Source: a virus | Taxonomy: Duplodnaviria > Caudoviricetes | Direction: 5' to 3' (one strand) | IMG/VR virus record: IMGVR_UViG_3300037706_000069 | Location: 1-38,531 of that record | Length of the DNA: 38,531 nt | In this document: piece after piece, positions 33,305 to 38,531 of the stretch | Position numbering within the stretch: the stretch's first letter is position 1 | How the letters are laid out: every line of letters starts with the position of its first letter | Position numbers and translations under genes: made by a program | Notes under the pieces: model-generated | The model's input: the letters and a program-made list of their open reading frames with translations, nothing else | The model's database searches: none | What the model was told of the DNA's origin: nothing

Positions 33305-35187
33305 TGGGCCTGATCTCGGCCACCGTCGGCTCTGACACCGCCGAGCTGTCCGCGGCCGTCGGGCAGCGGATCGTCTGCGTGGCGTGGAACCGGTCGGGCG
33401 CCACATCGTTCCAGGTGACGCCGGACACCGGCGGCACCTGGGTCAACCGGCTGGTCGAGGCGACCCTGCCTGCCGATGACGGGTCCCGCCGGTCGCTGGC
33501 CGTCGCCGAGCTGCTGGTGGAATCCACCGTGGCCGCCGTCACGTTCACGGCGGCGTGGGACACCGGCGGCACCGGCGCGCTGTGGATGGTGGTCGAGGAG
33601 GGCGCCGGGTACGACCCGGCAGATGTGGTCGTTGCCGACTCCGGCACGGCAACCGTGAACCAGCTGGCCGCGGGGGCGGTCAACGCGGCCGCCGGTGACT
33701 GGCTGGCCATCGCCGCGATGGCATCCCGCGACGGCGACGCCGACCCGGTGTCGTGGTCCACGACGGACATCGAGCCGGCCCTGGTCGGTGGCGGGACCGT
33801 CCTGCTGGACCACTTCGCCGGAGTCGGCGAGGGCGGCGGCAACGCCGGGGCCGCCGGCTACCTGGTCCAGGCCGGCCAGGGCGCCGGGTCGCTGTCGGAC
33901 ACGCTGACGCTGCCGGTCGGCGAGTCCCGGATGCTGACAGCGGCGCTGCTGGTGTTCTCGACCGGCGGCGCGGCCACGCTGGACCGGCACCACCTGCGGG
34001 ACACCCAGACCGAGCCTGGGACCGGCGGAACGGTCTTCGACCTGTCTCCGACGCAGGGCACGGGGACGACGGTCGGGTCCGGCAACGTGGCCAGCACCAC
34101 CTTCGTGGAGGTGCTGCGGTTCCAGGCCACGGTGGGCGCGGGGGTCGGCGGCGCCGCGTTCCCGTCCTCGATGGACATGGCGAGCGTGTCGGCGGCGACG
34201 ATGGAGTGGCGGTGGCGGGTTCAACGCTACGACTCGTCCGGGGTGCTCCAGGCCAGCTCGAACTACTCCCCGGCCCACAACACGGCGGGGGTCAAGACCG
34301 CTGACCTGACCCTGGACACCACGTGGTCGGCCGGGGACCGGCTCGCGGTCTCGGTGGAGATGCGCAAGGTGTCCGGCGGCGGCAACCGCTCGTTCACGCT
34401 CAACATCAACGACGCTGACACGTACATCGATGCGCTGCCCGCGGCGGCCGGCGACGACCACGAGGGCGACGGCACCGCCTGCACGGCCGTCCTGACCCCG
34501 GCCGCCGGGTCCGGCACACCGGCCGCGGCTGGCGCTGGCGCCGGCTGCTCGACCATCCTCGTCCCCGGCGCCGGCGTAGGGTCCCCAGCTGCCACCGGGG
34601 CCGGGGACGCCGCCGGTGTGGTCCTTGCTCCGGGTGCGGGCAGCGGCACCGCCGCCGTGGCCGGCGCCGGCCAGGCCGCGCAGCTGGTACTCACCCCGGG
34701 CACCGGCAGCGGCGAGGCGTCCGGGTCCGGCTCCGGTGACGGGCAGCCTGCGGTCGTGGTGCTCACTCCGGACGTCGGGGTGGGTGCGCCCGCGCTGGCC
34801 GGCTCCGGGCAGGCAACCCCGCTCACCCTGATCCCGGCCACCGCCACCGGTTCCCCGGCCATGGCCGCCGCCGGCACCACCTGCACCCTCACCCTGGCCC
34901 CGCAGACCGGCACCGGGCAAGGCGGCAGCGACGACCCGGCGCACTCCGGCGACGGCACCGCATGCACCGCCGTCCTGGCGCCCGGGGCGGGGGCGGGCGC
35001 ACCAGCCACGGCCGGCGACGGCACCTCCTGCACCATGGTCCTGGCGCCCGGCCTCGGTTCTGCCGCCTTCGCCCCCGGCACGCCGACCGCCGGCGGCACC
35101 TCCCCGGCCCTGGCCGCGGCCGGCGCCACGCCGCAGCTGGTAGCCGCCGGGACCAGCCCGACCCTGACCACCGGAGGCCAGCCGTGA
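33304..35187 (+). CDS. Fibre-like virion protein (627 aa) with ~20-aa C-terminal repeats
   Basis: Beta-rich N-terminal domains; repeats like GDGTACTAVL.PG.G.G. Confidence 0.65.
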   Translation: MGLISATVGSDTAELSAAVGQRIVCVAWNRSGATSFQVTPDTGGTWVNRLVEATLPADDGSRRSLAVAELLVESTVAAVTFTAAWDTGGTGALWMVVEEGAGYDPADVVVADSGTATVNQLAAGAVNAAAGDWLAIAAMASRDGDADPVSWSTTDIEPALVGGGTVLLDHFAGVGEGGGNAGAAGYLVQAGQGAGSLSDTLTLPVGESRMLTAALLVFSTGGAATLDRHHLRDTQTEPGTGGTVFDLSPTQGTGTTVGSGNVASTTFVEVLRFQATVGAGVGGAAFPSSMDMASVSAATMEWRWRVQRYDSSGVLQASSNYSPAHNTAGVKTADLTLDTTWSAGDRLAVSVEMRKVSGGGNRSFTLNINDADTYIDALPAAAGDDHEGDGTACTAVLTPAAGSGTPAAAGAGAGCSTILVPGAGVGSPAATGAGDAAGVVLAPGAGSGTAAVAGAGQAAQLVLTPGTGSGEASGSGSGDGQPAVVVLTPDVGVGAPALAGSGQATPLTLIPATATGSPAMAAAGTTCTLTLAPQTGTGQGGSDDPAHSGDGTACTAVLAPGAGAGAPATAGDGTSCTMVLAPGLGSAAFAPGTPTAGGTSPALAAAGATPQLVAAGTSPTLTTGGQP

Positions 35188-35849
35188 CCGACGTCGGCGA
35201 CTGGCGCGTACCCACCCTCACCGTGAGCCCGTTCGACGGCACCACCGAGGCCACCCTGCAGATCGAGGCCCCGGACGGCACCACCACCGACCCCACCCCC
35301 ACCACCGACGACGACGGCAACACCTGGGCCGCCCCCGCCTACGAGCTGACCACGGCCGGGGAGTGGATCGAACGGTGGACCGTCACCGGCACCGGAGCAT
35401 CCAAGGCCCGCCGGCTGGTCCTGGTCGCCCCCGACCCGGCCGCCCAGCCGTCCGGGACCCGGGTGTACGCCACCACCGCCGACTACGCCACCCACCTGCG
35501 CGCGGCCCCGCCCACCGGCGCCCGCCGCGCCCTCGCCGAAGCCTCCCGCGACGTCGACGACATGCTCCTCACCGCGGTCTACGACACCGACGACGACGGC
35601 CTACCCACCGACGCCACGGTGGCCGCCGCGTTGCGGGACGCCACCGTGATCCAGGCCGACTACCGGCGCGGCCTGGGTGACCAGTTCGGCCGGGACGCGG
35701 GCCGGCTGGTGGCCGGGCAGATCGGCTCCGTCTCCGTCACTCGCTCGGGAACGCCGGGTGGGCAGGGCGCCCCGCCGAGGCACGCCCTCAAAGCGTGGCA
35801 GGCGCTACAGCAGGCCGGGCTGGTCGGCTACGGCCCGATGGCCTGGTAG
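35184..35849 (+). CDS. Head-tail adaptor with N-terminal Ig-like extension
   Basis: YAT.ADY...L.EASR.VD..L...ALRDAT..Q...IGSVS. Confidence 0.7.
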   Translation: MTDVGDWRVPTLTVSPFDGTTEATLQIEAPDGTTTDPTPTTDDDGNTWAAPAYELTTAGEWIERWTVTGTGASKARRLVLVAPDPAAQPSGTRVYATTADYATHLRAAPPTGARRALAEASRDVDDMLLTAVYDTDDDGLPTDATVAAALRDATVIQADYRRGLGDQFGRDAGRLVAGQIGSVSVTRSGTPGGQGAPPRHALKAWQALQQAGLVGYGPMAW

Positions 35850-35851
35850 CT

Positions 35852-36196
35852 ATGGACTGGGCCGAGTTCGTCGAACAGCTGCTCCCCGAGCCGCACACCA
35901 TCAGCGTGGAACCGTACGAGGGATCGGGGGCGTACGGCGACACCTACGGCACGGCGGTCGAGGTCACCCCGTGCTTCGTGGACCACAAGCGGCGGCTGGT
36001 GCGGGTGCAGACCCAGGACGCCGCCGGCCACGAAGCCGTGTCATCGACCACCGTCTTCGCCCCGCCCGGGACGGTCGCCCCGGCCGGATCCCGGATCACC
36101 CTCGTCGACGGCACCACCTCCCGGGTGCTCGTGGCCGCCGACCGGGACCCGGCCGGGGCCGACCTGCCCGCCCACGTCGAACTCAACCTGGAGTAG
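35852..36196 (+). CDS. Head closure / stopper protein
   Basis: Synteny; Y.GSGAYG..YG, RLVR...G.E.VSS. Confidence 0.65.
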   Translation: MDWAEFVEQLLPEPHTISVEPYEGSGAYGDTYGTAVEVTPCFVDHKRRLVRVQTQDAAGHEAVSSTTVFAPPGTVAPAGSRITLVDGTTSRVLVAADRDPAGADLPAHVELNLE

Positions 36197-36198
36197 CC

Positions 36199-36552
36199 GT
36201 GGCCGATGGCAGGGTGGAGATCACCTGGCACGGTGACGACATCGCCGCCCAGCTCGCCAACGCCACCCCCCGCGGCCTGCGCCACGCCGCCGAACACCTC
36301 CTGCAGGTCAGCCGGACCCAGGTGCCCATTGAGGAGGGCACGCTGGAACGCTCCGGCGTGGTCAGCGTCGACGAAACGAAGGGCTCCGCGGCCGTCTCCT
36401 ACGACACCCCGTACGCGACCCGGCAGCACGAGGACATGACCCTCCGGCACGCGAGCGGCCGGAAGGCCAAGTTTCTGGAGGACCCGATGCACCAGGAGCG
36501 TGCCGCGATGCTGGAGCTGATCGCCGCCGCCGCCCGCCGAGGACTCGACTGA
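36199..36552 (+). CDS. Neck protein (HK97 gp10-like)
   Basis: VPIEEGTLERSG, YDTPYA.RQHE, KFLE. Confidence 0.75.
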   Translation: MADGRVEITWHGDDIAAQLANATPRGLRHAAEHLLQVSRTQVPIEEGTLERSGVVSVDETKGSAAVSYDTPYATRQHEDMTLRHASGRKAKFLEDPMHQERAAMLELIAAAARRGLD

Positions 36553-36806
36553 TGGCCAAGGCGCAGGCCACGATCCGGGTGAAGCTGGAGCTGGGCACCC
36601 CCCGGCCGGGTGCCTGGTGCGACATCTGCCTCCTACCCGCCGCCGCCACATGGCCGCTGATCGCGATCTACCCGGCCGGGGTGCTCGACCTCGGCGAGAT
36701 CACCGCCTGCCCTACGCATGTCGACCTGCCCGCAGTGCTCCGGGAGGCGGCCGACCGGGGTCGCGCAGCGGCTACACGGCCGGGTCGTGTAGAGCTGACC
36801 GCATAG
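36552..36806 (+). CDS. Hypothetical protein in the neck module (84 aa)
   Basis: TGATG overlap; WCDICLLP. Confidence 0.5.
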   Translation: MAKAQATIRVKLELGTPRPGAWCDICLLPAAATWPLIAIYPAGVLDLGEITACPTHVDLPAVLREAADRGRAAATRPGRVELTA

Positions 36807-36883
36807 TTGCAGGTCACAGACGTGCGGATCGTCCACACCAGTCTTTCCGGACGGCAAGCGTCGATCTCTAATGTGGAGGCGCA

Positions 36884-37333
36884 GTGGGCTGGACGTCGGA
36901 TCTGCTGACCGGCCTGGCCGAGCACTTGACCGCGGCCGGGGTCGGCACCTGGCGCCCCTCCGGCGCCTACACCGCCGCCGAGACCGCGATCGTCATCCGC
37001 GGCATACCGCAAACCCCGGACAAGTTGATCACCCTGGCGCCCTATCCGCTGGACGGGGGCGAGCACCGGGGGATGGCCGACCACGACAGCGCCCTGCAGG
37101 TCCGGGTCCGCGGCACCACCGACCCGCGCGTTGCCGAGGACCTGGCCGACGCCGTCTTCACCGCGCTGGACTCGCTCGGCAGCAACGGCCCGGTGGACCT
37201 GGGCGGGGTGAAGGTCGTCGACATGTGGCGCCAGTCCTACACCAGCCTCGGCACCGACACCAGCGGTCGGTGGGAGAGGTCGGAGAACTTCTACCTCGCC
37301 GCGATGCGGCCGACCCCGAACAAGACCGACTGA
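36884..37333 (+). CDS. Tail terminator
   Basis: Before the major tail gene; QVRVRG, LG.D..GRWE.S.NF. Confidence 0.7.
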   Translation: MGWTSDLLTGLAEHLTAAGVGTWRPSGAYTAAETAIVIRGIPQTPDKLITLAPYPLDGGEHRGMADHDSALQVRVRGTTDPRVAEDLADAVFTALDSLGSNGPVDLGGVKVVDMWRQSYTSLGTDTSGRWERSENFYLAAMRPTPNKTD

Positions 37334-37343
37334 GGAGCCTGCC

Positions 37344-38108
37344 ATGGCGACAACCCCGACCACCCGCGTGACCCAGCTGGCCCGCCGGTACCGCATCGAC
37401 ATCGACACCGCCACCTTCCCCGCGAGCAACTACCAGCAGCTGTTCGGGGTCGAGGACGCCAAGCTCATCGAGGAACGGCGCGTCGATGACGATGAGACCT
37501 ACGACGACGCCGGCGCCATGCGGGAGGCCGTTGTCGGTTACAGCTGGCGGATCGAGCTGAAGCTGGCCTACTCGACCAACCTGGCCGGTGACACCCTCGA
37601 CGCGATCCACATGTTCCTCCGGAACGCGTTCAAGGGCACCCGGGCCAGCTCGGCGCAGGCCGAAGAGTTCGGCATCCGGTTCTACGACCGGTCCGGCCTC
37701 GACGACGGGATGAGCAGCGAGGGCCGCTGCTACGTCAAGGCCTGGCCGCTGGCCGGTGGCAAGGGGCGGGACGCGATCGACGTGGTGCTGCAGGGCCAGG
37801 GCGCCCTGGCTGACATCGCCAACCCGGCCGGGGACCTGACCCCGACCGTGACCGGCCTGGACCCGGCCACCGGCGCGGCCGCAGGCGGCGAGCTGATCTC
37901 CATCTTCGGCCAGCACTTCATGCCGAACGGCGTGGACGATGTGACCGACGTCGACTTCGGCGCCAACCCGGCCACGGAGTTCGAGACGATCTCCGACAGC
38001 CGCATCATGGCGATCGCCCCGGCCGGTACCGGCACCGTGCAGGTCGCGGTCACCACCACCGCCGGCAGCAGCGCGGACACCGCCGCCGACAACTACGTGT
38101 ACACGTAG
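37344..38108 (+). CDS. Major tail protein with C-terminal IPT/TIG (Ig-like) domain
   Basis: PTVTGLDP..G..AGG..I.I.G..F...V.FG pattern; synteny. Confidence 0.82.
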   Translation: MATTPTTRVTQLARRYRIDIDTATFPASNYQQLFGVEDAKLIEERRVDDDETYDDAGAMREAVVGYSWRIELKLAYSTNLAGDTLDAIHMFLRNAFKGTRASSAQAEEFGIRFYDRSGLDDGMSSEGRCYVKAWPLAGGKGRDAIDVVLQGQGALADIANPAGDLTPTVTGLDPATGAAAGGELISIFGQHFMPNGVDDVTDVDFGANPATEFETISDSRIMAIAPAGTGTVQVAVTTTAGSSADTAADNYVYT

Positions 38109-38111
38109 CCC

Positions 38112-38531
38112 GTGCCCCGGTTCGATGATCTTGACCGGTACTTCGACCCTGGGTTGACGCTGACGGTACGCGGCAAGGAATACGTCCTGCCGCTGCCGTC
38201 GGCCGAGCTCGGCCTGTGGTGCCGGCGCATCGCCGAGGCCGCTGGGGCGGTCAACGAGGCCTCCACACCGGAGGAGATGGACGCCGCGGTCGCCCGGGTC
38301 CATGCCCTGCCGACCCTGCCCGGAGACTTGACCCTGCCGGAACGCACCCTCGGCGACGTCTACCAGCTGATGGTGGCCGATGGGGTCCCGGACCCGTACA
38401 TCATCTTCTGCGGTAACACCGCCTACGTGTGGATCATCGGCGGCGAGCAGTCTGCTGAAGCGTACTGGACCTCCGGTGGCCGCCCGGAAGCGTTGGGGCC
38501 CGGGAACCGGGCCCAACGCAGAGCGGCACGA
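38112..38531 (+). CDS. Tail assembly chaperone, 5' part (wraps to 292)
   Basis: GTG 38112; MPRFDDLDRYFDPGLTLTVRGKEYVLP...; open to the window end. Confidence 0.8.
   Translation, partial: MPRFDDLDRYFDPGLTLTVRGKEYVLPLPSAELGLWCRRIAEAAGAVNEASTPEEMDAAVARVHALPTLPGDLTLPERTLGDVYQLMVADGVPDPYIIFCGNTAYVWIIGGEQSAEAYWTSGGRPEALGPGNRAQRRAAR
38372..38531. repeat. Terminal direct repeat, copy 2
   Basis: 158 of 160 bases identical to 1-160. Confidence 0.95.

Overview
The window is an apparently complete, circularly permuted ~38.4 kb genome of a temperate, very GC-rich actinobacterial siphovirus; bases 1-160 recur at 38372-38531. The host group is inferred from GC content, a WhiB gene and a type I-E repeat. 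The window opens in the tail region: tail assembly chaperone split across the junction, tape measure and minor tail genes (482-5620), then a lysis cassette (5640-7214). Next come a leftward operon of tiny genes with its own XRE regulator (7338-9332) and a short tyrosine recombinase with a CI/Cro-like switch (9709-11386). Early genes follow (11390-23000): WhiB, Rad52-like annealase, UvrD-like helicase, DUF2303 and a replication initiator with internal iterons and a DnaA box. Packaging, head, neck and tail genes fill 23511-38531. The most notable element is a cas-less type I-E CRISPR mini-array (promoter, leader, 29-bp repeat, 32-bp spacer, 29-bp repeat; 23045-23134). It sits with a convergent moron just before terS, and its spacer has no visible match in this genome. 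Other points of interest: a minor head protein with a C-terminal HExxH peptidase followed by a small Cys-containing partner, a second operator-rich switch, duplicated ~55-nt structured intergenic elements, and a frameshift at an Ala-Ala-Ala-Trp repeat. Protein family calls come from recognising motifs by eye, not from database searches.
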